A DNA stretch of 64,000 nucleotides, from the IMG/VR virus record IMGVR_UViG_3300023174_000040, positions 248,001 to 312,000 of that record. One strand, 5' to 3'. Numbering within the stretch: position 1 is the first letter of the stretch; each line of letters begins with the position of its first letter. The notes below the pieces were generated by a model. That model was not told where the DNA came from, did no database searches, and worked only from the letters and a program-made list of their open reading frames with translations. The position numbers and the translations under genes are program-made. This document shows positions 21,373-31,772 of this stretch, piece by piece.

Positions 21373-22244
21373 AACGCCAACTTTGGCACTAATACCAAAT
21401 CTTCATTAATTGTTTTTCTATTAAATCCATCTACTATTTTAATCTTCTTTGCATCAGCTCCTACAAGCAACCAAGAGTACCCATTTTTAGACCAAAAGTC
21501 ATGTATTACAGATAATGGGGTAAAAAATCCTTGTCCACTTCCATCTATGTCTGTTGTTCCCCAACAAGTTCCAATGTAATAATCATTATTGTCCATTAAT
21601 CCACCGCCACTTCTGCCTGGTCTTGGTGAATTCCTAATTGTTACCAAATCTTGGTCTTCAAGCCTTACTATTTCAACATTATAGTGAGCAACTTCTTTTG
21701 CAGCATCGCAACCAAGAGAGTGAACCATATCGCCCTCTTTATAAACATAATCTTTTGGAGCTATTGGAAAATATTCAGGCTCCCAATCAGGATGAAAGCT
21801 AATAAGCGAAGTATCGCAACCATTCACAAAACTATAAAAGAGTAATTCTGATTCATAGCTTCTTGGAGATTCTAATTTAGTATCATTGTGATACCAGGTA
21901 ATAACTTTGCAAGTTATTTTTTTTTCTTTGGCTTTATCAGAGCTTAAAACACCGGGTTGCCACAAATGACCACAACTTGCAACATATGCTGTATTATTAT
22001 TTTTGTCATAAAATATAATGGTACCCGAACCAGCACCATCATTTACACTTATCTTTAAAGAAGCGGATAAATATTTCCTATACTCTATTCCTCTTTGTTC
22101 TACTGGCGCACCATAGAGTTCTATGGTCCTATTCAAAGGAATAGGCTTGACCAATTGCATGTTGTCAATATTGCCTAATTCACGAGCGGCAGCAATATTA
22201 AATATATTTAAAATTAAAAATAAGGTTAAAAAGTATTTTTCCAT
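21369..22244 (-). CDS. Trypsin-like serine protease with signal peptide
   Basis: GSGTII, SCGHLW (His), CDTSLI (Asp), PGRSGGGL (Ser); hydrophobic N-terminus. Confidence 0.85.
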   Translation of the reverse strand: MEKYFLTLFLILNIFNIAAARELGNIDNMQLVKPIPLNRTIELYGAPVEQRGIEYRKYLSASLKISVNDGAGSGTIIFYDKNNNTAYVASCGHLWQPGVLSSDKAKEKKITCKVITWYHNDTKLESPRSYESELLFYSFVNGCDTSLISFHPDWEPEYFPIAPKDYVYKEGDMVHSLGCDAAKEVAHYNVEIVRLEDQDLVTIRNSPRPGRSGGGLMDNNDYYIGTCWGTTDIDGSGQGFFTPLSVIHDFWSKNGYSWLLVGADAKKIKIVDGFNRKTINEDLVLVPKLAF

Positions 22245-22259
22245 AATATATTATATATT

Positions 22260-22706
22260 ATGTCACAAATACTTTCTATTAGCCACAATATATTTCTAGA
22301 CCGAAATCAAAGATATGACCTTAATAATAAAAAGGCAATAGAAGTAATTGGAAGTAATTTTCCAATTTGGTTTTCAGGGGAAAAGACGTCGGAACCTGGT
22401 AGAGAGATATTTTGCCGGTATCGTATACATCCATATAAAAGTGTTTTTAGAAATATAAAAGTAAATGGAGATGGTTACGATATCTTTTTATTACAGGAAA
22501 AAGAAGATGTTGGGACAATGCCGGCAAAAATTAAAAAGTTTTTTAATAAAACAAGTAATCCCCCAAGTGTAATATCACTTTTAGACATAAAAGATGGAGG
22601 AGCAGAATGGCTATATTTTAGATCATATGATCGAAAATACATAAACCTAATCCATAGTGTAGAAATACAAAAAATTGAAAATTTGATGGAATCTTTAATA
22701 ACATAA
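22260..22706 (+). CDS. Hypothetical protein
   Basis: 148 aa ORF. Confidence 0.55.
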   Translation: MSQILSISHNIFLDRNQRYDLNNKKAIEVIGSNFPIWFSGEKTSEPGREIFCRYRIHPYKSVFRNIKVNGDGYDIFLLQEKEDVGTMPAKIKKFFNKTSNPPSVISLLDIKDGGAEWLYFRSYDRKYINLIHSVEIQKIENLMESLIT

Positions 22707-22726
22707 AAGTCTATATATGTTATATT

Positions 22727-23476
22727 ATGCGTGCAATAATACCAACAAAAAGCGTTACTCTAAAAGAGCTGTTGTCTTCGGGAGAATATAAAGCCAAACT
22801 TTTCACAAACGATCTCGGAGATTGTGAGGACCTGCCTTTGGATTTTGAATTCCAGGAACCAGTTTTTAATGGATATTCTTCTAAATTATTAAATTCAAAT
22901 TTATGGAAATTGAATATTGCAGCTAATAATTATTCACAATGCGATTACCAAGAATCTTTAATTTGGGGAAACACAAATATTGCCCAAAGCGAAGTCATTA
23001 ATGGATATTTTGTAACCAATGGTAAAAACGAAGTGCTTTGGTTTGGAAAATTTGATAACTCAATAGAACTACAACAAAATCAAAAAGTCCTGGTGGATAT
23101 CAGGGTTTATTTAAATAATTATGATTATCCGAAAAATACAATAACAATAGTGGTCAAAGGAGATATAGATAAACCACAAAATACTAATATATTTATAGAT
23201 AATATTAAATGGGGAAGTGTAAGTTATCCTTATGCTTTAATGGATTTGATGGAAAGTGATTGGACCCCCAATCAAAATATCTTGTGCATAGGTGTTGATA
23301 ATACAATAAATATTTGCCACGGAGATCCATTGAGTTTTGATATAACTGTGACAGCCATCGGTTATAGCGAATATAAAGAAAACATAATAATAGAAGAAGT
23401 TGGAAATAAATTTATAGAAATTAATCTAACAACCACAACAGAGGAACCAACCACAACAACTCAAGAACCTGGCTAA
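22727..23476 (+). CDS. Hypothetical, likely structural, protein; paralog of N-terminus of next gene
   Basis: AKLFTNDL.DCED...F.E..F.GYS.K.LN..LW shared with 23479; ends in TTTTEEPTTTT. Confidence 0.6.
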   Translation: MRAIIPTKSVTLKELLSSGEYKAKLFTNDLGDCEDLPLDFEFQEPVFNGYSSKLLNSNLWKLNIAANNYSQCDYQESLIWGNTNIAQSEVINGYFVTNGKNEVLWFGKFDNSIELQQNQKVLVDIRVYLNNYDYPKNTITIVVKGDIDKPQNTNIFIDNIKWGSVSYPYALMDLMESDWTPNQNILCIGVDNTINICHGDPLSFDITVTAIGYSEYKENIIIEEVGNKFIEINLTTTTEEPTTTTQEPG

Positions 23477-23478
23477 AA

Positions 23479-25635
23479 ATGAGCACAATACCATTAAATT
23501 CAAAATTATTAAAAGAATTATTAAATTCAACCAACTTAACCGCAAAATTATTCATAAATGATCTTTTGGATTGTGAGGATATTCCATCTTCTATTGAATT
23601 TGAAGAAGCATCGTTCATTGGTTATTCTCCAAAATTTTTAAATCCACTATTATGGGAACCAACGAATCAAACCCCAGCAAATTATATAAAATATAAATAT
23701 AAAAATAGAATAATATGGAAAAATTTAGGACAAACAGTTAATATCAAAGGATATTATGTAACAAATAAAGAAAATCAAGTATTATGGTTTGAAAAATTTG
23801 ATAATGAAATTATATTAGATCAAAACCAAGGTACACTAATAAACATAGAAGTAGAAATGAATAATTATGATTTCCCAAAAACAACCATAACACTAGTGGT
23901 CAGGAATGACAATAATATCATACCAGAAAATATTTCCGTAGATATACAAAATATAAAATGGGGAGGAGTAGATTATCCTGATTCATTTTTAGATTTATTA
24001 AATAATAATTTTATTCCTCATAACAACATGGTATGCATAGGAGTAAGAGATAGTATAAAACCATGTTTAGAAGAACCTCTTCAATTTGATTTAATAATAT
24101 CTGCCGATGGGTTTGAAACATATCAAGAAAACATATCGGTAACCAATCCTGGAAACAATATATTAGAAATTTATTTAGATCAAGTTATAGTAACAACAAC
24201 AGTTGGACCACCAATTGTCATAGACACATTCAGAGGATTATTGAGTATCAAGATTCTTGATGATATTTATGATATAAACACTTCTTCAACATCAGACAAA
24301 ATATCAATAAAAGTTTACAAGCCAGCATCAGATCAACTACAGAATCTTATGATAAATGATATTAGTTTTAATTTAACTGGTGACGCAGACTTGCTTACTA
24401 ATGATTTCCTGCCGAGTCAATTAAAAAATTCAGAAAATTTCACAAAAATGAACGGGAGTTTCTCTTTCTTTGGAGGAAGCTCGGGTTCATTCACAACAAC
24501 AAGCATCATAACAATTCCATCCCAAAATGGAAACACAACCTTTTTCAGCGGAACCATGAATGAAGATTCAATATTAGGAAGATGGGCTGCTGGAGACGTG
24601 TTTTCTGCAGATCTTACTTTTAGTAATTCAGATTTATTAGGTGATATTAATGAAATAATAACTCAAGCAGATAATTCATTAAATGCTTTAGGCCCATCAG
24701 GAGTCACACACTATTTGCTTTTAAATAGTTTTAATTTTATTGTTTCTGGTATCACCTATAGCAGCGATAATCAAAATCTCCCTCTTCCGCCGTGCCCAGA
24801 CGGAGGCCCCAGAAGACCATTGAATATACCGCCAGAATGGGCCGAACCTGGTCAAGAAGGAGAGTGTTGTCCTCCAGCAGGTGGTTGGGGAGATTGGCAA
24901 CCGGGCGATCCATGGCCAGACCCTAGTGAAGGTAAAATTCCTGGATATGGGGATTTTCGGCCGGGCGAGGTAAGTGTTAAAGGTTTCGGATATTCTGAGT
25001 GTATGGGCAGGTGTGTCTATTGCAATTATGTCAATGAACTTGGTTCTGCTGTATGGGATGAGTCTGAGTGTAAGTGTAAGTGTGTATCAAATCCGGATTC
25101 TCCAGATTGCAAAAAAATTCTAAATAAAAACTATAAAAAAGATGATTATTGTATGTGCGTGTGTCCCAAAGATGAAATTAAAGAAAAATGTGAATCTAAA
25201 GGATTTAAGTTTGACATAGGAAACTGCGCTTGTGATTGTGATAGCACGGTTTATGCTCCCGGGGCATCCAATGCGGTAAGAAAAGAAGACTGTCCGAATG
25301 TGGGAGGAAAACCTTTATGGGACGACCTTGATTGTTATTGTCCTTGCGATGAAGCAAAAGACGCATCTGGGAAGCCCAGATTCCCACCTTGTAAAGAAAA
25401 TGAAAAACGAGGCAAAGATTGTAAATGTGAAGCCCTCCCACCAGAGTGTCCAGATATGTGCGAATGGATATGGAGAATACCTTATATTGGATTCGCACAT
25501 TGGGAAAGTACTGCTGGCAGTTTGGGTACCGACCGAATGACTTGCTTCTTGGCAGGGTGCGATTGCGAACCCCCTAGTTATAGTGGAACAGCAAATCTTG
25601 AGGTGGGGTTATCTAATTGTTATCAAAGAAGATAA
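23479..25635 (+). CDS. Likely structural protein with Cys-rich CxCxC-repeat C-terminus
   Basis: Repeated CKCKC, CMCVC, CACDC, CYCPC. Confidence 0.6.
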   Translation: MSTIPLNSKLLKELLNSTNLTAKLFINDLLDCEDIPSSIEFEEASFIGYSPKFLNPLLWEPTNQTPANYIKYKYKNRIIWKNLGQTVNIKGYYVTNKENQVLWFEKFDNEIILDQNQGTLINIEVEMNNYDFPKTTITLVVRNDNNIIPENISVDIQNIKWGGVDYPDSFLDLLNNNFIPHNNMVCIGVRDSIKPCLEEPLQFDLIISADGFETYQENISVTNPGNNILEIYLDQVIVTTTVGPPIVIDTFRGLLSIKILDDIYDINTSSTSDKISIKVYKPASDQLQNLMINDISFNLTGDADLLTNDFLPSQLKNSENFTKMNGSFSFFGGSSGSFTTTSIITIPSQNGNTTFFSGTMNEDSILGRWAAGDVFSADLTFSNSDLLGDINEIITQADNSLNALGPSGVTHYLLLNSFNFIVSGITYSSDNQNLPLPPCPDGGPRRPLNIPPEWAEPGQEGECCPPAGGWGDWQPGDPWPDPSEGKIPGYGDFRPGEVSVKGFGYSECMGRCVYCNYVNELGSAVWDESECKCKCVSNPDSPDCKKILNKNYKKDDYCMCVCPKDEIKEKCESKGFKFDIGNCACDCDSTVYAPGASNAVRKEDCPNVGGKPLWDDLDCYCPCDEAKDASGKPRFPPCKENEKRGKDCKCEALPPECPDMCEWIWRIPYIGFAHWESTAGSLGTDRMTCFLAGCDCEPPSYSGTANLEVGLSNCYQRR

Positions 25636-25678
25636 TAATCAATTTTTCGGCCTCAATCGATTTAAACATTGAGTTGGC

Positions 25679-26215
25679 CTAGTAATCATACAGACTAATG
25701 CTCATCTCCATAACAACGCTCTCACCAATAGCAACAGAAACTGTTGTTCCCAAAGTAGCAGATGAAATCAACTTGCCTCCGCTACCAATAGTTGTTGCTA
25801 GAAATATGTTAGTTACAGAGTTCCATCCAGAATTTAGAGATGAAAAAATAACGGGGCCACTTTTTGCATAATAAGGAGTAAGAGTCGGTGACGCAGTGGT
25901 GGTTGCAGAAGTATTAGGGTTGATTATTTGCCAATTCAAAAAAGAAACGTTCTGTCGCTGATAGTTGTTTCCTTGAACCAGTGGTTCGCCAATTATATTG
26001 CTGAGAGTATCTGTTCTATTTAAGGTGGGTCTGGCGTCCAACCCAATATAATAACCGTTAGTAACCAGATTCTCTGAACCCTTGAATAAAGCATTGAGGA
26101 TGTATTCTTCCCCTTGTTGGTGAAAAGTGTTTTTGATATCTCTTTGCTGATATCTAACTTTATTATTTTTGTCTAAAATTAAAAAATTATCTATCTTCAT
26201 TAAGTGGAAACTCAT
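25679..26215 (-). CDS. Small phage tail/structural protein
   Basis: YIGLD...YQRQNV...VIFSS..SGW..VTNIFLAT..G.GGKLI pattern. Confidence 0.5.
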   Translation of the reverse strand: MSFHLMKIDNFLILDKNNKVRYQQRDIKNTFHQQGEEYILNALFKGSENLVTNGYYIGLDARPTLNRTDTLSNIIGEPLVQGNNYQRQNVSFLNWQIINPNTSATTTASPTLTPYYAKSGPVIFSSLNSGWNSVTNIFLATTIGSGGKLISSATLGTTVSVAIGESVVMEMSISLYDY

Positions 26216-26481
26216 AAATTTTCTCTCTTTTCTTTTTCTATCATTTCATCTATTACTTGAATAGATTCTACAGGATATTTATATTTATTACCAGGCTTAT
26301 TTACTTCCTGTTGTTGTTTTTTTATCTTATTTTTGTTTTTAATATCCAGTTGATTAACATTAGATATTAATAATTTAATAGAATGTTTAATATCTTCTGC
26401 TTTAAATGAATCTCCGCAATTAGCATAAGCTAAATTTAAATAATAAATAATTTTTTCATAATTAGGAGTCATATTTACCAT
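26212..26481 (-). CDS. Hypothetical protein
   Basis: 89 aa, overlaps neighbours by a few nt. Confidence 0.5.
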   Translation of the reverse strand: MVNMTPNYEKIIYYLNLAYANCGDSFKAEDIKHSIKLLISNVNQLDIKNKNKIKKQQQEVNKPGNKYKYPVESIQVIDEMIEKEKRENL

Positions 26482-28247
26482 CCAAATTCATCAAGTAGTT
26501 TTGAATTTTTTCTATAAATATTAATAAGAGTTTCTTCGTCAGCCGAACTTAGACTGTCGTTTGAGGTGAAACTTATTTCTTCTTCTACAAAATCTTCATA
26601 AGAACTATTGAATAGCTCTCTTTTAATTTCTTGATACACATCATCCTGTATTTTATTAAGCATTTCCTTAGGTGCATCAGCACCAATTGGCACATCGTTT
26701 ATTAGTTTGTCTCTTACATAAATAGCAGCACAAAGAGCAGTTATGGCATCATCGTGCTTCCCTTTTTGGGCCTCGGCCTTCTTGGTCACTGGATTGTATT
26801 GAAATGTTTGTAATTCTGCAGTGAATCTCGAACTATTTATTTTAATGGCTTTGTTTAAGATTCTGTTCTGCATAGCCTCAAGCAATAATGGCCTATTAAC
26901 TCTGTTTACTTTTAAACCAGGAGTTTGAGTGCCACTTTTTTTAGTTTCATAAAATATATTCTCGTAATATAAAGTGTTTTCAAGCGAACTTAATACCGCT
27001 CCCCCAGGAGACATTGCTTCGACAATAACAAGTGCGGTATTATAATACACACCCACCTCTTTTAATATTTGTGCGAATATGTGAGGGGGGACTAAATTAC
27101 TATAAAACTCAGCAACTTGTTCCAAAGTATCCATCTCAAGAACATGGAAGCAACTACTATCTGCGTTTTCTCCCATTCCCTCAGCACAGTCTGCTCCTAT
27201 GATATATTCTTTTCCATCAATAGGCTCTTTCCACACCCAGAGCGCTCCTTTATTATTATCTGCTCCATCTAGCTGTGCGGCTCTTCCTGTTTTATTGACC
27301 CATTTTGGAAATAACTTTTTAATAGGATTATTGTGAATTGTAAACTCAGACATTTCTCTGATTAGAGCAGAAGGGATATATGTTTCTCCGGATCCTAAAA
27401 ATTCTCTAAGAACTTCTTGTAGAAAACCTTTTTCGCCCAATTGAGCTTTTTGCTCTTCAACCCACTTAGGATCATTATACTCAGGGTGCTCCCAGTAATC
27501 CAAATCTATTACATGGAACATATTTCGGCCTTCTCGAGCGTCGTTGTAGGTTTGTTCATACCAATTTCCAACGCCATTAACAGTAGAAACCAGAGTGCAA
27601 CTACCACCCGTACTTAATACAGGCCACATAGCCTTCCAATGCTTTTCCATCTCAGGAATAAACGCCGCTTCGTCTATAATTAAAAATGTTACGCTTTTAC
27701 CACGAGCAGCTTCCGGAGAATAGAACTTTAAAGCTCCGCCTGTGTCAACAAACATTTTTAAATGATCATTCCATTTACTTGTTTTTTTAGGGATCAACCA
27801 AACCGGAAGATTTTCTACTGCTCTATCTACTATCATGCCAGTTTCTGTGGCTTCACGATCAGTTTTAGAAAGAAGCATAACCTGCTGATCGAGTTTAAAC
27901 ATACATCTCCACAAGCCCCACAAGAGAGTGACAGTGGTCAATCCTCCCTGTCTGAACTTAGAGATTATATTAAATCTATTATTCTCGTAATCTTTAATTA
28001 CTTTTCTTTGGTAATTAAACAAAACAAAAGGAACAAGTCCTTTTGTTGGATGTAATATTCTAATATATTTGTGACAAAAATATTCAAAACTATCGACACA
28101 TTTTAAGAGTTCTTTTTTTTGTGTCTCAAGATCATAAAGATTTGTTTCTTCGATTGTCTCTTCAGGATTAATTGCTAATTCATAAGGATGAAGAGTGTAA
28201 TATCTTTTATCGTAAAGCTTATAATAGTATTCGCTATAATCGGCCAT
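26475..28247 (-). CDS. terL: Terminase large subunit (T4 gp17-like)
   Basis: SKFRQGGLTT (Walker A variant), LIIDEAAF (Walker B), IGADCAEG and HDDAIT (RNase H nuclease). Confidence 0.95.
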   Translation of the reverse strand: MADYSEYYYKLYDKRYYTLHPYELAINPEETIEETNLYDLETQKKELLKCVDSFEYFCHKYIRILHPTKGLVPFVLFNYQRKVIKDYENNRFNIISKFRQGGLTTVTLLWGLWRCMFKLDQQVMLLSKTDREATETGMIVDRAVENLPVWLIPKKTSKWNDHLKMFVDTGGALKFYSPEAARGKSVTFLIIDEAAFIPEMEKHWKAMWPVLSTGGSCTLVSTVNGVGNWYEQTYNDAREGRNMFHVIDLDYWEHPEYNDPKWVEEQKAQLGEKGFLQEVLREFLGSGETYIPSALIREMSEFTIHNNPIKKLFPKWVNKTGRAAQLDGADNNKGALWVWKEPIDGKEYIIGADCAEGMGENADSSCFHVLEMDTLEQVAEFYSNLVPPHIFAQILKEVGVYYNTALVIVEAMSPGGAVLSSLENTLYYENIFYETKKSGTQTPGLKVNRVNRPLLLEAMQNRILNKAIKINSSRFTAELQTFQYNPVTKKAEAQKGKHDDAITALCAAIYVRDKLINDVPIGADAPKEMLNKIQDDVYQEIKRELFNSSYEDFVEEEISFTSNDSLSSADEETLINIYRKNSKLLDEFGW

Positions 28248-28263
28248 AGAATTATCTATTCAT

Positions 28264-28680
28264 TTAGTATTCATAATCATCGTCTTCATCTTCATAGTCT
28301 TCATCTTCATAGTCCTCTTCGTCTTCATCGTCTTCATCGTCTTCATCGTCTTCATCGTCTTCATCGTCTTCATCGTCTTCATCGTCTTCATCGTCTTCAT
28401 CGTCTTTGTACCATTCTTCATCTTCATCTTCATCTTCATCTTCATCTTCATCTAAATATTCGTATTCATGATCATCGTCCTCATCCTCATCTTCATCATC
28501 CTCTCCTTTATACCACTCGTAATCATATTCCTTATCATCTTCATCATTATCATAATTATCGTCTTCATCTTCTTTATACCATTCATCATTATCATCGTAA
28601 TCATCGTAATCGTCAGAGGCTTCCAAGAAATAACAAAAATTCACAATTTCCATTGTTTCAAAGTCGATAACTCTTGCCAT
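28264..28680 (-). CDS. Extremely acidic Asp/Glu/Tyr low-complexity protein
   Basis: GGAG/AAGGCAG-like purine tract upstream on minus strand; ends 16 nt before terL start; most residues D/E. Confidence 0.6.
   Translation of the reverse strand: MARVIDFETMEIVNFCYFLEASDDYDDYDDNDEWYKEDEDDNYDNDEDDKEYDYEWYKGEDDEDEDEDDDHEYEYLDEDEDEDEDEDEEWYKDDEDDEDDEDDEDDEDDEDDEDDEDDEDEEDYEDEDYEDEDDDYEY
28321..28401. repeat. Perfect 9-nt tandem repeat (GTCTTCATC) x9 encoding (DDE)n on minus strand
   Basis: Read directly from sequence. Confidence 0.95.
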
Positions 28681-28856
28681 TTCTGCCTTTCTCTTTAATG
28701 ATTATTAAATTAAAATTAAGTACGATGTCATTTTAACAACTTATTTCTAAAATTCAATATCAAAACACTAAGATTAAACTATGTGAATAACTATAAACCC
28801 ATAGGAATAAAGTAGTTTTGACACAAAATTATATATAGTATGTTTATTTTAAAAAA

Positions 28857-30224
28857 TTAATTTATGAATTTCTGGCGGATTAGCTTATTATTTTCAATAA
28901 CAAACAAGTTATCTATTAGATTTCCCGCACTTAGAGTGTTGAGGCACATAATTGCAATATTGGCATTCTCTTGAAAATCGTTCCTAACACACAGGGAAAC
29001 AATGCCATCCTTATTAAATTCTACCCTATTTTCAGAGGGAATCTCGATTTCTAAATCATATAGTTTTTGATTTAATACCATAGATCTTTCAAAATAATCT
29101 GAAATTCTTATTTTCTTTATAGGGTCGGTGGAACTCTGGGCTGATATGTCGCTTAGGGACAAAGATTTAACATTATTGGATAATATATTTCTTTTTGTAA
29201 AAACTCGGGTTAAAATTGATGATAACTTTGATCCGTTATCGGCATCTATAGCTATCATTTTTTGTGCCAAAGCATCAAACAATCTGTTTGTGATGGGGGT
29301 TTGGGATACCGCAGTTACGAAATAATGAAAAGTTATGTTCCTTGCAAATATTAAAGCTTGAATAGGAGAGGATCCATTTTTGACACTATCGTTATAAATC
29401 TCAACTAAACATTCATACCAGGCGCCCGTCCAAACTCTACTAAAACTATGACACTCTCTGCTGAGAATGTTATCCGGGGTCTCATTCCTTAAATTTTCAG
29501 GGGCAACATAATAAAATTCATTAGCAGCGTCTCTCAATGAATGAGGATTATATCCGCCTTTCCCTTTTGTTAAATTAAATAAAATCTTTGCAAATTGCTC
29601 GGCAAGCTTTGACACTGAGTTGCTTTTAGATAAGTCTCCTTTAGTTTCCTTTATTATATATTTAATAACATCTTCATTTTCTAATATGCTTGTTATAGCA
29701 ACTATATCTCCAAAACTTTCATGTAAAGCCCATATTTCATAAGATTGAACGTTCCAAAAATCTGGGCGGATAGAGTCTAGTAGAGCGTGACCCAATTCAT
29801 GAGAAACTATGTCAGCAGAGTCTGCGGAATAGATGTTCTTCTTTGCAACCGGATCAAATTCATAAAAAAACTTTAAACTTCTTCTATCGTAGAATGCATT
29901 TAATTCCTTGCCGGCCACAGGGTAGACAGTTAATTGTTTTGTTGCGGCCCACTTTTGTGGAAATTTTTTAATCTTTGGAATAATATTGTCCATGGTATTG
30001 ACTAAAATTCCATAACAACTGGCGGCTCTCCACTCGGGGGTGCCTACTTTATGACCCGAACCCTTATACCCATCGACCTTCATGGGCAAAGAAGGAGTTG
30101 AATTAGCCGGTATTTCTTTTACTAGCTCAGGTAAAGTTGGATCATTTACCCAAAATTGAATGGGAGCGGAAGGATTATCAGAGATTAATTTCTTACCAAA
30201 TACTTTTTTAAATAAGCCCCACAT
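28857..30224 (-). CDS. Zinc metallopeptidase (M4/M36 thermolysin/fungalysin-like)
   Basis: NAFY, IVSHELGHALLD (HExxH), ALHESFGD (third ligand). Confidence 0.85.
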   Translation of the reverse strand: MWGLFKKVFGKKLISDNPSAPIQFWVNDPTLPELVKEIPANSTPSLPMKVDGYKGSGHKVGTPEWRAASCYGILVNTMDNIIPKIKKFPQKWAATKQLTVYPVAGKELNAFYDRRSLKFFYEFDPVAKKNIYSADSADIVSHELGHALLDSIRPDFWNVQSYEIWALHESFGDIVAITSILENEDVIKYIIKETKGDLSKSNSVSKLAEQFAKILFNLTKGKGGYNPHSLRDAANEFYYVAPENLRNETPDNILSRECHSFSRVWTGAWYECLVEIYNDSVKNGSSPIQALIFARNITFHYFVTAVSQTPITNRLFDALAQKMIAIDADNGSKLSSILTRVFTKRNILSNNVKSLSLSDISAQSSTDPIKKIRISDYFERSMVLNQKLYDLEIEIPSENRVEFNKDGIVSLCVRNDFQENANIAIMCLNTLSAGNLIDNLFVIENNKLIRQKFIN

Positions 30225-30295
30225 AGAAAACTCCTTTTTCTAAAGTTGTATATACTTCTATAAATATATAGTTCATATAAATAGAAAAAATTAAA

Positions 30296-30811
30296 ATGAA
30301 ATTCAATGAACAGGTAATAAAAGAAAAAAGAACAATAGAAGCTGTGAAAAAACAGTTTATGGGAGTCAATGGAAAGCTATATTTGATAGCCAAAAATGTA
30401 GGTGAACCAATTATAAGACATAATGAAGAAAGCAATTATATAATTTATGACAATTTCTGGAACACCAATGAAAACGATATAAGAACAATGGACGAAAACG
30501 AATACTCAGAATGTATTGGCCACGCTTTTGATGGACTCAGAAATGGATATAATTTAGAAATATTGGCTTTTAGTGATGATAAATTGATAAAGGTCTTTTA
30601 TAATTCAAGAAAAGTTTATGAAGAAATCGCAGGTGAACTGGAGAGCTACTACCCAGATGAGGAATGGGAATCAAAAGTAGAAAAATTATATCTAATAGCA
30701 GAGAAGAGAGAAAAAGAATACGAAAAACAGAAAAAAGATATTAGAAAAGAAAAATTTGAAGAAAAGAAATCAAGTTTAATTAATTATTTGAAAGAAAAAT
30801 GGAACCTGTGA
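30296..30811 (+). CDS. Hypothetical protein
   Basis: 171 aa ORF. Confidence 0.55.
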   Translation: MKFNEQVIKEKRTIEAVKKQFMGVNGKLYLIAKNVGEPIIRHNEESNYIIYDNFWNTNENDIRTMDENEYSECIGHAFDGLRNGYNLEILAFSDDKLIKVFYNSRKVYEEIAGELESYYPDEEWESKVEKLYLIAEKREKEYEKQKKDIRKEKFEEKKSSLINYLKEKWNL

Positions 30812-30855
30812 TTTTTGATAATTATTACTCTATATATTATAAGAAAAGGAAACAC

Positions 30856-31086
30856 ATGAACGAAAAAAACAAACCACAAAGAAATTCAAAACCAAAAAAG
30901 AACACCGTAGTAAAAGCCCAATCTCTAGAACCAGCAACCAAAAAAGTAGATATGATCAAAAAATTAGAAGCAAAGGTTGCAGACAAGAAGAAAAGTAAAG
31001 ATTCATACCCATCGGTAACAGATAAGGTTTTACTTGGCGTGATAGCAGCCCAGATATTGGTCTTAATCTACATGCTTATTAAATGA
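30856..31086 (+). CDS. Small protein with C-terminal transmembrane helix
   Basis: AAGGA RBS before ATG 30856; VLLGVIAAQILVLIYMLI. Confidence 0.55.
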   Translation: MNEKNKPQRNSKPKKNTVVKAQSLEPATKKVDMIKKLEAKVADKKKSKDSYPSVTDKVLLGVIAAQILVLIYMLIK

Positions 31087-31115
31087 ATTTAATATAGACG
31101 CTGCATATATACTGC

Positions 31116-31772
31116 ATGAAACTTTTCTCAGAGTGGATAGTAGATAACCACCCAGAGTTTTATGAAAACTTTGAGTTCATGCCCCTGGATAGTGGTTTAT
31201 CCAGGGAAAAAACTAGTCTGTCGAGGAGATCGTCAGCATATCAAAGAACGGATATATCAGACGAAGATGCAAAAAGAATGGCCATCTCAATAGGTGATAT
31301 AGTAGATTTAGGTCCGGAAGTATCGAAGAATCAAATCGCAAAAATAGTAGAAGTAAGAAATTCTACTGTTAAGGTTCTAAATCTATATAATCAAAGATTA
31401 ACAATTATATCCATAGATGAACTATACCTAAAAAAAGATCTAATGGGCAGGGAGCTAATACCAAGAGATCAACAGCAACTGGATGCAATGGGCGCCAAAA
31501 ACCTTTGGATTAAATTATCTGAAAGACAATATAAAAAATTTGCAAGTCAATATAAAGAAAAAGAGATAGAGGATGTGATTTCAAAACAAAAAGAGATAGA
31601 TCAAAAACAAATAGATAAATTAAGATCTTGGTTTGCTGCCGCAAGTAAAGAAAAATTAGATACTCGGGCAGAAGAAGAAGATAGTAGATTAAAAGATATA
31701 TTTAAATCAGAACAACCAAGTTCAAGTCCGGCACCATTATCGAGATATGTTAAAAAGAAAGAACTACCTTGA
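31116..31772 (+). CDS. Hypothetical protein with MKLFSEW leader (putative internal head protein)
   Basis: N-terminal motif resembles T4 capsid-targeting sequence. Confidence 0.55.
   Translation: MKLFSEWIVDNHPEFYENFEFMPLDSGLSREKTSLSRRSSAYQRTDISDEDAKRMAISIGDIVDLGPEVSKNQIAKIVEVRNSTVKVLNLYNQRLTIISIDELYLKKDLMGRELIPRDQQQLDAMGAKNLWIKLSERQYKKFASQYKEKEIEDVISKQKEIDQKQIDKLRSWFAAASKEKLDTRAEEEDSRLKDIFKSEQPSSSPAPLSRYVKKKELP

Noticed and set aside
26475-28247. Intein or intron in the terminase
   Set aside because: Length is normal, motifs are contiguous, and no C...HN splice signature is seen
28188-28698. ORFs reading HRLHRL, MKTMKT and poly-Ile
   Set aside because: Alternative-frame shadows of the acidic microsatellite; only the minus-strand D/E frame fits the terL operon
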